The notes below the pieces were generated by a model. That model saw only the letters and a list, made by a program, of their open reading frames with translations. It was not told where the DNA came from and ran no database searches. The position numbers and the translations under genes were made by a program. From Phoronis australis (taxonomy: Eukaryota > Animalia > Phoronida), in assembly GCA_002633005.1 (NCBI GenBank), contig NMRA01000514.1, positions 1 to 64,000 of the forward strand: a stretch of DNA of 64,000 nucleotides, read 5' to 3'. Every line of letters begins with the position of its first letter. Position 1 is the first letter of the stretch. Shown in pieces: positions 24,731 to 36,600 of this stretch.

Positions 24731-26853
24731 TGCGCATTGATGCCCACTCATGGAATTCCGTGTCGACGGTGTCGTTCGTCATTTTTCCACAAGGCCACTT
24801 TTGGAAATAGGTGGCGCTGTGTTAGAGGGCAAAACGCCTCTAGCGTGTGTACTCGAGCATGCTGCCAATGGAATTCGGCATTATCAAAATGAAACAGGTG
24901 CTATTTCCATTGTCTCATTTCCTCGTCGCAGAAAAAAACGAACAAGTGGAATGTTTTAATTATTTATTGATTTTATACAACAATGCGGCAAGAATGGCTC
25001 GAGCAAAGGCGAATTGAAGCAAAGTGACTAATAACCGATTTCGTCATGGCGGCGTGTGGCGCAATCTTGAACTGTCTCTGAAAATGAAGAGAATACGTTA
25101 AGGTTACGTTTAACCCTCGAAAATCTTTCAATTTTGGTTAATATCTGAGAAATTGCCGATCAGATTGAAAGAAACCTACACTTTATGCATTGTAGGCCTA
25201 CCCAAATTAATGTTTGATCACAGTGTGGTATGAGTGGTTATCAAAACTTGAGATTTTTCTAAACTTTATGAAAAATCCAAAGCGATTCCATCAGTGTTTT
25301 GGAGATTTCATCTTGGATTTTTATGTGAAGCAAAATTTGCGCATCTTATTGACAACGTTGTTTTGCACTAACTGTGTCTTTCTTGTTTGCTAAATTTTAA
25401 TAAAAAGACAAAGTCGAGTTACAATAAATGGAACATTACTGCATAGTGAAAATAAAATTGCACAGGCTTTCTATTCTCAGAAAATATATACGTTCACAGG
25501 AATAAATTCTGCAGTTTTATAAATATTTGCAGATACACATATCTCTCGATAAGTCCCCACATGCATGTAACCTTAAGTATATAAATGTGAATTGTAAGAA
25601 ATTTTAGCAAACACAGCCTGACATTTCGGACAGTGGTTGTTTTTCAATGGTGGTTTGAGACATGGTAGTTTGGAATATACAGTAGACAGACATTGGTTCG
25701 TGTCATGATGTCACGATAGATCTGCACGCTTGTGTATGTGATTCACTTTCTTACGTAACACCACTGAAAAACGACCTCTGTCGGGAACGTCCGACTAGCT
25801 GTTTCATTCTCCTTAACTAATCTTGGCTGGACTGCACCAACGTTTAGTACACATAGACTAAATAAAGTCTCCCCTGACATTCTTCGTCTATTATTTTGTA
25901 CGTCGTTGTTAAGTATCACCGCTGCCCGAGGACCTCGAGTCTTTCGGACTAACTCATCTGCTTAGAATCTCTCCATTCCCTACTCCCTCTCTCTACATGT
26001 AGCCCGGAACATACACCAGTATGGACGCGTATTTGGTTAAAATACTCTGGAGACACCTTCGTCACACCTTTATACGTCAGGCTGTGTTGTGCATTTGTCA
26101 GTATAAAAAACTTCGAGAAAGTAAAGTCCTCACAGCCGGGTAACATAAGGCGCCTCTTTTTCGACTATGCGTAATTCGTTACATGTTTTTTCAGTTCTGT
26201 CAGCCGTAGTAATGAGGCATCCACCCTGGTTTTCTACGGGTTCTCAGAAAAGTCACGTGAATATACACGTAATTACACGTAACTACGAATAACAATATAG
26301 GAACATCGATCGATGCAAATGTTAGAGAATCATTGCTGCAGAAAAACGACATAGTTTGTTGAATGATGCGCCATATTTAGAATTGAAAATCAGTTAGCTA
26401 GCCATTCATACCTCCATGATCGTCAGTGCCCGTGTCCGCTTACGACGCGGTCGAAATGACTACCCAACGTGAGTGCATGCGTGAAGTTGACTTTCTCCAC
26501 GGCGACAAGATAAGTAGCATTTTGTTACTTGAGCGTGGCCACTTCGTACGTGCGACATATTTTGTAAACCAAAACCGTATAAATTGTGCACTTGGCACTA
26601 TATTTCGAAATATTGCTGTTTAGTCATTTTGGAAGCCTTCAAAAGACTGGCAATGGGTTTCCTCGAACGGTCAAACGAGAGGAGATCAGCATTTCACGCA
26701 CCCGCATGCCCGTGGAAAACCGATTTGTCATGGACGAAGACACGGGTAAATGGGTTGCTCTCTGGGTGAGCCGACACGGGCATGTACGATCACTGGAGCT
26801 GTGAATGGCTTGGTAAACATTTTCTAGAGCCTACAGATACATGCCTTAATTCC

Positions 26854-29800
26854 TTAATTCTCCACATCTTGCTCGTCTAAAAACGCTCTCAGGTCACGTC
26901 CAGTCAGTTCATCGACGTCATCGTCTTCATAGATATTCTCTGGAATAACAAATCAATGCCTCCATAAACATGTAATCAAACTTAAGTACGTTCATTGCAC
27001 GATATTCACTACTTGCACACTTTGGTGGCGCTGCAAAATTGATAGTTGTTATATTGTTATTGATGTCATTAATACCTGAATGACTGAATGACTTTCATAG
27101 GTCTTACACACGGCGTAGTTCAGAACTTGAGCCACAATGTACAATCCAAGTCCTTCTGCAACGCCCAATAAAACCAAACTTGCTTTCAATGGTTATAAGC
27201 ACTGACGTAGTAGCAAACAAGTCGTCCCTCGTTCGAAATTCGACAGATCTCGTTCATGGTAAAGTGCTCCGAAGCAACCACTCATTCCTACACCCCTAAC
27301 CCCCCCCCAACCCCGGTCGAAAACAATTTCGTGTAACGATTTGGCTGCAGATCATAAACCAGGGGTACCATAGAATCATACGCACGAGCATCGCACCTTG
27401 TGTACGAACCATCCATGAATCTTGCAAACGAACCTAAAACGCATAACCATGCGCACGAACAACAAAAATCACACATACGAAAACAAAACCATACACGCGA
27501 GCATCTGATCGTGCTTGTGACACTATGCTCGTGCGCATGATTTTTGTTCGTATGCGGGACTTTTGGGTTCGTACATGTATGCATGATTCATAGGTTCGTA
27601 GGTAGTCTGTGCGTAAGATGCGATGCTCGTGCGTACATGTATATGATTCTATGGTACCCCCAGAAACACACCACATGCATATTTCCTGTCAGCAGGTGGT
27701 AAAAAATTTCGCGCTCACAGGTTTCTCAAAGACTGAGGTGAATTTCATTAAATGACCCCACTTAAATTCCAGTTGAGTTCATCAAATCCCACGAAAACGG
27801 ACCAGCAAACATCGAGACCCCGTACTCGACATCGTAAACTCTACACATTCGCCGAAACTACTCCGGGCAAAAATTGGTGACCAAACTCTATTCTGCCCAG
27901 GGCCAAGATTCCCTCCCCGGATCCAGCTCCGAGTTGGATGATCAAGAATGGAGGACAGATTCCTGGGTCCTGGTTTGGAGTGTGGTCACCGAGTATTTTC
28001 GGCGCGTGTATGAGGCATTGGGGACGGATAAGGAACTGATCTACATCGCGTCCTTAGTGTTTATTTGTCTGCGAGGGCTAGAAACGTAGTCATGAAATCG
28101 TTCCCACTCTAGCATTCCAGTTAACGAGTCAGGTTTCCGCGCACCTTCCAAAAAGAAAGGTCTTTTCAAAAGTGTTCCAGTTGGTGTTTTCACAGCAATA
28201 TCAAGTCAAAACTTGACGAAGTGCACTCAGGTCAAAATTGAAGCTTGCGTCTTACCTTTGATGGCCCTTTCCACCATCTGATCGTCAGCGTCCATCTGGT
28301 TTGAGTCGTAGAAACCTTCGTCTATAAACTCATCTGTATCAAAACAGATAATGGTTTAAATGCTAAGAAACAACGACTGGGATAAAGAGCGATATGAATA
28401 ACGACAATGAAGGCTGTAATGAAGATGATAATAGTGGTGATGGCAATTGTGACGGTGACGGTGATGATGTTGGCGATGGTAATGGCTTCGTGGTGGTGGT
28501 GATGGTGATATTAATGATGATGACAACGATAGTAGTGCTGATAATGGAGATGGTAGTTGTGAAGGCGTTAGTATTGTGATGACGGTGATATTGGTCCGTC
28601 GGTGTGTTCAGCGAGGCGTATGCTCAAATAGAAACAGTGCACTCGTATTATTAGACGACTGGTCGTATGATATAAGGTTGCTCACTCACACAGAAACAAA
28701 GACAACGTCCAGAGTTCCGAATCCTCTTAAATGTTTGGAGTCTTTTGAGAACGTGCTCGGTCTCAGGGTTTCCCTCAGAGCATTCAACAAAAGGATTCCA
28801 AGTAAGTGCACTTTGAGAATGTTCACATACTACGTCATCCAAAACTTGCCAATTTTTACCAATCCCTCTGCCCACACCTCTTCCCAGCCTGTTATTACCT
28901 CATCGGTGATAAAGTGGGTCTGTCGCTTGTCTGGTACATGTCAGGCGGATCCAGAGGGTCAATGGGGTTCGGACCCCCTTTTGTCCCGGATTTTAGTGAT
29001 ATCAAATCTAGAATTTTCAAATTGATGAACTGGACCCCCCTTTTAAAAAATCCTTGATCCGGCCCCCTTTTTAAAAAATCCTAGATCCACTACTGCATGT
29101 TTAAACATGTAGGTAAGCCTAGTAAAATATGACCGACTCTAGGAAGGGTGAAACGGCGAGTCACGGTTTTGGAATTGGTCAATTCCACTAAATGTCTAGC
29201 CAGTCCCCAACAACATACTGAGATGGAGATATTTCAGTAAACCACATCGTTACGTCACCATGAGTCTAACCCCATCCCCTGCCATAAATCGTCATCCTTT
29301 CCAAATCCCCTCCCCCGCGTATTATGACGTAATTAATAAACTCTCCCTAACGACAAGAGTACATCAAACGAACCACCAAAATGCTGTTAGTCACTTTAGT
29401 CATACATGACCCAGGGGACTGCTTGTTCGTGGCCCCCACTTTTTTTACTGTATAAAGTTTTTGTTATGGTTGTGCGAAGTGCAAAGATGACGGAAAATAA
29501 GCTCTGCCTCGTCATTTAAGTTCGCCGTGTCTTTTAAAAGCAATTTACATGAAACTAATCCTGCGGATTATATCATAAAACAGATGTCGTGGTGGAAATA
29601 TCATTTGAAAACAAGTTTGTGCTTTTTGCGTTAACGTCGGCGTTTTTATTTTTTAGATTTTACATGTATATCAAGGGAACAAAATATCTTGAGTTTACAG
29701 AACTCATAAATTATTATCACTAACCATAAGATCCCGGTTCCTTCAAACTTCTCAGTGATATTTCTTTGTCTTCCAGTGGAACAAACTTCATGATCTCCTG

Positions 29801-31444
29801 GTGATGAGCATCCGTCATCTACAAAACAGCGTTGCTATGAAGTTATTGTCAGCTTTCGTGGGAACCGCTTTTTTACCTTCACGTTGTCAACGTACTATAG
29901 TGTACATTTTAGCACTAGCACTAGGTGGCGCTTGCTACAAATTTAAATATTCACGGTTTTAGTAAGACATGGCATCTTTAATGCTCGAATGTTCGTCGTG
30001 GCGATGTTAAAACCGATGGTTGCTTCGCCATAAAAAAGTAGTAAAGCGTTGAATTTTGTGTTCTCCGAAGCCCCAAGCCAGTCAACAATCTGCATGCGAC
30101 AGACTGTCATGTTGTTTCCTGAGCACAAAAATGATTTCCAACTTTTATCGTCTTCTAATTTCAAAATACAAGCTGAGGATATTTCATTGTAAGAGCGCTA
30201 AAATTTTTAACTTTAAATAATATTATAATTCAACAAGGGCGAAATCACGGGACTGTTAGCGGACTGAAGCCGTTACTCACTTCTCGTTTGCCATTTCTGC
30301 CGTATTTCCTACAGAGTGTGCACGCTCTTGAGTTGTAGTTGCTATATCGACATATGTAGCGACATGCTACGGGACTGTAAGGAATAATAGTTGATTAATG
30401 ACAGAAAAGTCGCGCGTCTTCCATGTTTTATCAGTAAGATTTTGCTAGAAATGCTTGCGCTATCAATAGCGTGTTCCAGATAGAATCTGAAAACCCGCGT
30501 CCCGTTCAGTAACGCTAGGACCTCGCTAAAAAGCAAGACTTCGCGAGATTACGTGAGATATTGCCGTGTATTTTAAATGAGAACACGTGACTTTGACTAG
30601 GTTTTAGCTAGGTCCTAGCGTAGGTCCTAGAGTCTACTGAAAGCACGCCCGGTCTCAGTTTCCCGACTGAAATATCTTTTCCTTTTTTATTTTATTCAGC
30701 TTTGGAGAATTTTTCATATTACCACATTACGCAAAAACGTCATTTAAGAAACATGTTGTTAAAAAGTAAGCCAGGCTTGTTCATGATGACTTTAAAGAAT
30801 GGAAATCGTTCTGCGTGCTCTGAGTGCAGACAAGTGCGGCAACGGTTACACATGTCGCTACAGACAATGACATTTTCCTGGCGATTCAAATGAAATACTG
30901 GAGCCATTACTGCTCAAAATAAGAAAATAGTTGGTGACGCCATGGCCACGAAGGAACACACATACATACAATTTGTTTTGAAAATTCATAGCATAGAATG
31001 AGATCTATAAATATGAGCCTTTGTCTCGTTTCAACCTAGAGTGTATTTTCGTTTGAGTTTAACTATCGATTCTAAATTGTTTTAAAAACAACGACATTTT
31101 TATTCAGCTTTGGCGGTCATTTTGGAGTGCAGAATCAGAAATCCAAATTAAACTAAAAAATTTTACTATTCTGTTCGTTTTGAAAAAAAATTGATCTCAA
31201 ATCCGTCATTTGGGTATACATGTATACACTAAAATTGACTTTAGCAACTTTTCGAACGTAAAAGGTCTTTTTGTACTCACATGGCCTTCTTCAGTCTGTC
31301 CCAGTTCCTCCGGAGCCAACTCCATCCGTTAGATATAGCTCGTCTCACACGACGCCAGGCGCGACGGAACCAGCCAGCCTCGTTTTCGACGACGAGACTG
31401 CAGAAAATGGCGAGTACGAGAAATATGGCGACTGCCTTTCCCAT
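26854..31444 (-). CDS. Putative antimicrobial peptide precursor, paralog B (177 aa, spliced): signal + Trp/Arg-rich 4-Cys mature peptide + GKR + acidic pro-region
   Basis: Exons 31281-31444, 30281-30374, 29877-29894, 29725-29818, 28256-28333, 26854-26939 (534 nt), all GT-AG with consistent phases and no internal stop. Translation MGKAVAIFLVLAIFCSLVVENEA|GWFRRAWRRVRRAISNGWSWLRRNWDRLKKAIPVACRYICRYSNYNSRACTLCRKYGRN|GKR|EYVDNVKMTDAHHQEIMKFVPLEDKEISLRSLKEPGSYDEFIDEGFYDSNQMDADDQMVERAIKENIYEDDDVDELTGRDLRAFLDEQDVEN*. The 18-nt micro-exon is the least certain; skipping it keeps the frame. Confidence 0.85.
27363..27659. mobile_element. MITE, PIF/Harbinger-like, in the last intron of paralog B
   Basis: TIR GGGTACCATAGAATCATA / TATGATTCTATGGTACCC with further internal inverted homology; flanking direct repeat CCAG (or CAG). 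Confidence 0.8.
28390..28592. repeat. Degenerate (GAT/GGT)n low-complexity tract
   Basis: Direct reading; paralogous to 4828-5056. Confidence 0.8.
28940..29095. mobile_element. Short non-autonomous element (CAGGCGGATCC...GATCC..CTG type)
   Basis: Imperfect terminal inverted repeats and internal GGACCCCC / AAAAAATCC duplications. Confidence 0.5.
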
Positions 31445-32504
31445 CGTTATTTACCTGATACAAAAAGAAAAACAGGAAGGGGTTATACGATGATAGATGT
31501 ATGAGAAAGGTGACAAGCCTTCCAGTATTTTTAGAACTAACAGAGTAACCGAATGATCTTAGCGCTGAGCTAAAACTGCCAACGAGGGGGAATTTTGTTT
31601 ACTTTCAAATGTTCCATGACATTGTACTACAAAAGCTAATAAGATACTTGTTAATTCTTTAAAAAGATACAATGAGTGTAACGTTTTTAAATCAATTCTG
31701 AAAACGGGATCAAAAACTGTTATAAAAATAGATCAGTCCCAGGATATAATCTCTGTACACAAAAGTCGACAAAAATTGGACAGTTGCAAGGCACGCTTAA
31801 AGTATACTTCTAAATATGTAGGCATTAGTCACTCAATTGTCCCGCACAAGACCCCCGGGCTGCTTTTGCCTATTATCAAATAACTGTTGAAAATCTAATT
31901 AAATACAAAAATAATTAAACAATATTTATATGAAACACATATAATATAATATAATATAATATAGTATAATACAATGTAATGTAATACAACATAACATAGT
32001 TAAAACAGCTGGACACGTCGGCCCGGTCCCTCAACAGCGATTTGAAACTTTCAGGTAGAAACGTTCCATTAGCTACAATGCATGTTGAAAGACTGTTCCA
32101 ACAGGTGTCACTGTCCTCTGGTCTACAACCCTGACATATGCTATCATGTGTTAAAAATGAGCCGACATTTCAATGTAAATTAATACATGGACTTCGATTG
32201 CCTCCTGCTTATATTCAACAGTAGTAAAAATTCAATATTTATTTTACTCTCCGAATGAATTTACAATTTAACCTATCACGATGCTTGATTCCAGCACAAA
32301 TTGTAAATTTACTCTAACCGTGCGAGGAAATTGGTCAAACTTTGAATCGAGTTTCGAGTACAGAGATTAGGCACGGCCCCTGGTATTAAGAGGATTGAAT
32401 CCCTCATCTGATTAGTACATTGGATGTTGGCGCATTGATACATGTTAATGTAGTATGTTTTTCACGAAAGTGTGGACAGATGTCTTGGACGTCAAAATAA
32501 AGAC

Positions 32505-32694
32505 GACTCGTGTGGTTGAGTAACCTGATTTATAGTTGAACATGACTCGTGTGGCTGGGTAACCTGATTTATAGTTGAACATAACTCATGTGGTTGGGGA
32601 GCCTGATTTATAGTTGAACATAACTCATGTGGTTGGGGAGCCTGATTTATAGTTGAACATAACTCATGTGGTTGGGGAGCCTGATTTATAGTTA
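32505..32694. repeat. 39-bp minisatellite, about 5 copies, in intron 1 of paralog B
   Basis: Unit ACTCATGTGGTTGGGGAGCCTGATTTATAGTTGAACATA with minor variants. Confidence 0.9.
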
Positions 32695-33561
32695 CTGGGA
32701 AGTGAACAAGACGTATGTAAACCTGTTTAATAATTTTGAGTAAATATTTTTGCAAAACCATTTTGCGTGATAACTTTTAAATAATTCAAAACTAACATTC
32801 ATATTCTTACGACTTCAGTTTTAATACAGTCATAAACCTTATTGTAGCATCAACCCAATGATATTTAAGTTTTATTTATTATGAATATTCAAGTTCGAAT
32901 TTAAATTTGAATTTCATGTTGCTGAAGACTATGCACGCAGCGGTCAGGGTTGAATAGTAAAAGAACATAAATAGATTTAGATATCTTAGAAGTTACAAAA
33001 TGTCTTTAAAATTTTGCTATTTTCTCAGTCAAAGAATTAAGAAAAAGTAAAGATCTAGAAAAGGCAGTAATAGTTAAGCTTGTTTACTAATTTCCCGTGG
33101 TTTATCGACTTTCCAGAAATGCTTACCATCCTTAATGAAATGAATTAAACGACCCTTGTCATTTAAACAACATTTTCTTTGTTTTCTCCAATAAAAAACA
33201 GGATCAGCTTTATCAAACCAGATTAAATATAACTACGATGATAAATGGCAACTCAGTATAAAATTGCACTTTTCGCCATCAAATTTTCTTGGTTTGAAAT
33301 AGTAAGGTTTGGTATCGGCCACTTCGACGGCCCTTTTGCCTGCTAGTATACTTCTAAAACGGAGCGGTAAGAACTCTGATGGTACGACTTGGAAAGCGAT
33401 AACTGCTCCCTCCTTCTTTCACTATGTACCTACTCTCTTGAACAGATCAGAAGTGGCAAACGTTTTGTGATATGATGTTACAATAAAACATGACTCGGTA
33501 GCAAAAATATAAGATCTGAAACACTTGCAAACTTATTTACAATATTTTTAGTCTAACTTAC

Positions 33562-33668
33562 CCGGGTATTTCACGAACTTCTTACTACGATGGCGAAACA
33601 GGCTCGTTTATAAAGGTACCAGTCAGCAGGGCTTCAGCCAATCAGCTTCAAGTATTCCCTGCACTTCA
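33562..33668 (-). promoter_or_regulatory. Core promoter (CCAAT + TATA) and short non-coding first exon of paralog B
   Basis: TTTATAAA at 33607-33614, AGCCAATCAG at 33636-33645, donor GTAAGT starting at 33561 (minus); matching acceptor ttgtatcag before 31454. Confidence 0.72.
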
Positions 33669-36600
33669 ACGACACCTTAGCATGTTGCTCTATTAAAGTG
33701 TTTGTGAAAAATAGCCTTGTTTATGTCACGACTCATACCATTTGCCTAAAGCTCTAGTCTTTTTCCTGTCTTTCAACTCTCCGACGGACCATCTGGACAT
33801 TCTTGACAAAACGTCGTCTTAAAGAGGCATGGAACGCGAAAACTCCTAAAAAATACCTTTTGAAGAGATTGTGGCGAATCTGCTATTTGGGGATGCTCAC
33901 GTGAGCTTTCACCCTTGAATATTGAAATAATTTCTAGAAAATATCGTCAGATTAACAATTTTTAAATTCTTTCATCGCAATACAGTTTTCAAATTCTAAG
34001 CCCGTGATAATCTATACATGTATGCACTCAAGGGCTTTGGACTGGCTGCTGATTGAAATCGTCATTGTTTTGTTTACAACAACAGTCAAAGGTCACGTTT
34101 TCCATGTAAGGGAAATGTGCTACGTCTACGTCTTGTCATACCAAATAAGGAGGCGCGCTTTGCCTGGTGGGAGAAAAATCTAAAACTAAAGGAAAATGCA
34201 ACATCAACAGAAATTCAAAATATCTTGATTTCTGTTTCAGCGGTAAATAACCACTTTGAATTATGCAATTTAGTCTTTTTTCACGTCCTATGTCACTTTA
34301 AGTCACCCGCTTACGTAATTCTTCTCAAATAATTTTGTTTCTTATTTTCATATACCTTGTTGGCGTTGAACCCAAGTATACACTTGTTACAGTTATACAT
34401 ATATATGTAGATACAAAAACAGGTACATGGATAAATAATTTGACACTTTCACGCAACACGCAAACACCCACGCCCCCTCACGCTCGTGCATGTAATACCC
34501 TCACATTAATTTCGTAACCGCGACAAATTTGAGACCAACAACAGCTGAAGAGGATAGACTACAGTACATCTGTTGTGTTGTCCACGGTGCTTCTATTAAT
34601 GGCTCATGGTCAAAACTTGATAAACTTGTCCACTTTTGACGGCAAATATTAATACGCCTTTCTGAGGATAGTGAAAGGCATTATTGTGACCTTTGAAACT
34701 AGTTCCTTGCCATGGGTGAACGCGCGTTTTTCACGAAGCATGAAAAGTTCGGTCGTAAATCGATAGATCGAAAATTTTACATGTGCATTTGTAAGAACCG
34801 TCACACGGCCCCTTTAAACCCCATCCTCTTTTTGAGGTGTTCAAAAGGAGGAGTAGACAATCTCTAAGTGTATTTCCCAAAAAATAAGAAATTTCAGTAC
34901 TAGATAACTTGACAAATTTTACCTCGACACAAAGCAAAAAAACACCACTGCTTACAATAAAATCACCGTCTTTAAAGCCACAATGACGTCACATCACAGA
35001 TCACTTCGCAGGATATTAACATGACGACAACTCTTTCGAGGCTATGCAGCAATAAATCAATCCCAGTGCATAAAGTTCGAGGTGCTAAGCAACCCTTCTC
35101 CTGTCTCCCTCTGCATTCGGTCAAATGCATGTATAATTGAATCTAAATCGAGAGCTTTAATATTTTTGTTACAATTCGAGGCACACCTAAGAGTACAGGC
35201 AATTTTTGCAGGCCTATCGAATACCTCATTGATTATCCAAAGTTTACGTCAAATCATATGTTTGTTCTTTTGACTTGAAACTGTTCCACCTGTGCCAGCG
35301 AAAAAAGGATTTTACAAATTGGACACTAGCATCGATCTATATTCATTTCTTGAATGGGCGATGAAACAATTCGTTTATTTATAGCTTAGTGACGACGATC
35401 ACTCTTTCTTGAGTTGTTCTAGATCTGTGGTAAGCAGCCGATTTTTCATGATCACATCTTTTTCTTTCCTTGGCCAACTTTTGGTGTCTTGACTCGGGAA
35501 CTATTTAGTTGTCATCCACGGACAACCCCCCCCCCCAAGAAATTATACCGCTGACTATCAAAAAGCGTAATGTCTACCTTTGGCAAAGTGCCAAAGCACA
35601 ACCAGTGGTGTATTATAAACGCTGCTTACTCTGCACCAATTTTGTAACAAGAAAAATGTCGCGTCGTGCAACAAAAAAGTTTCAGTGCAAGTCGTGATTG
35701 CAAGTTAGCCTTGGGCGGGTAAGGAGTGTACCTCATCAAACGTATGAATGAAGGTGCTATTGTTGAGCTCAGCTTCAAAAGGTATATTTAACTAGTATTT
35801 GAACATTTGTGATAACAAAATCGCTAATAAAAAACAATTTATTTATCATGATGCGTAGGAAAAGACGTGTGGGACATTTTTTTAAATTTACCAGTGAGAT
35901 TTCTTATCTCACACCCAGCATAAACTCAAGCATGTCGTTAATTTCTAAAAGTAGGTCTAGATGGCGCTAGTTTGTGTGTTTATGACGCAATGGGTGGATT
36001 GCAGAGTGATTGCGTGAATGAGCGTGTTAATTTTTCTACAACTTTTATTTAATCGTGTTACACTGTGTTTGAAAAGCAAGCTTAGTTGAACAAGAAGTAG
36101 TCTGTGAAATCATGCTGTAACTTAAGATTTCAAACACTCAAGGCGACGAGTGAGCGATGAAGTAGGCCTACAGCAGTCCGGATGATGATTTGGCGCACTT
36201 GATTTGACAAATAAAAACTTACATCTTGGTTTCCAAACGGCAATTTAGTAACAAACGGAAAAGATTTGATTGTGCTCGTTCAGTGTTAAAGCTGATCCCC
36301 GTTCCAAGAAAACTGACTTAGCTAAGACAGATCTTTTCAGTCAATTTTAAGATAAGACTTGAATCTGTCTCAAGATCATTTCAAAAAAGAGATCTAAGTT
36401 CGACTTAAGTTTTTGATTTAAGTGTTGTCTTAATTTTGATTATCTCATCATCTGTAGAAGTTTTAAAGTTCGGAATTTGAGACAAATATTATACTTCTCT
36501 ACAGACTAGTGTGATTAGATTGGTGTTAACCATTGTCAAATTTATTCGAAAGTACCATGGAATTATTTCAGCTGATCTTAAATAATTACGTCAACTAGAA

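Noticed and set aside
32492-32761. Repeat-protein-like ORF (TINQAPQPHELCS)n / CRISPR-like periodicity
   Set aside because: 39-bp minisatellite with no unique spacers, intronic, eukaryotic context. The same applies to the 17-, 28- and 16-bp arrays.
34950-35700. Coding-looking stretch, possibly a transposon relic
   Set aside because: Multiple stops in the frames I read and no motif I could name.
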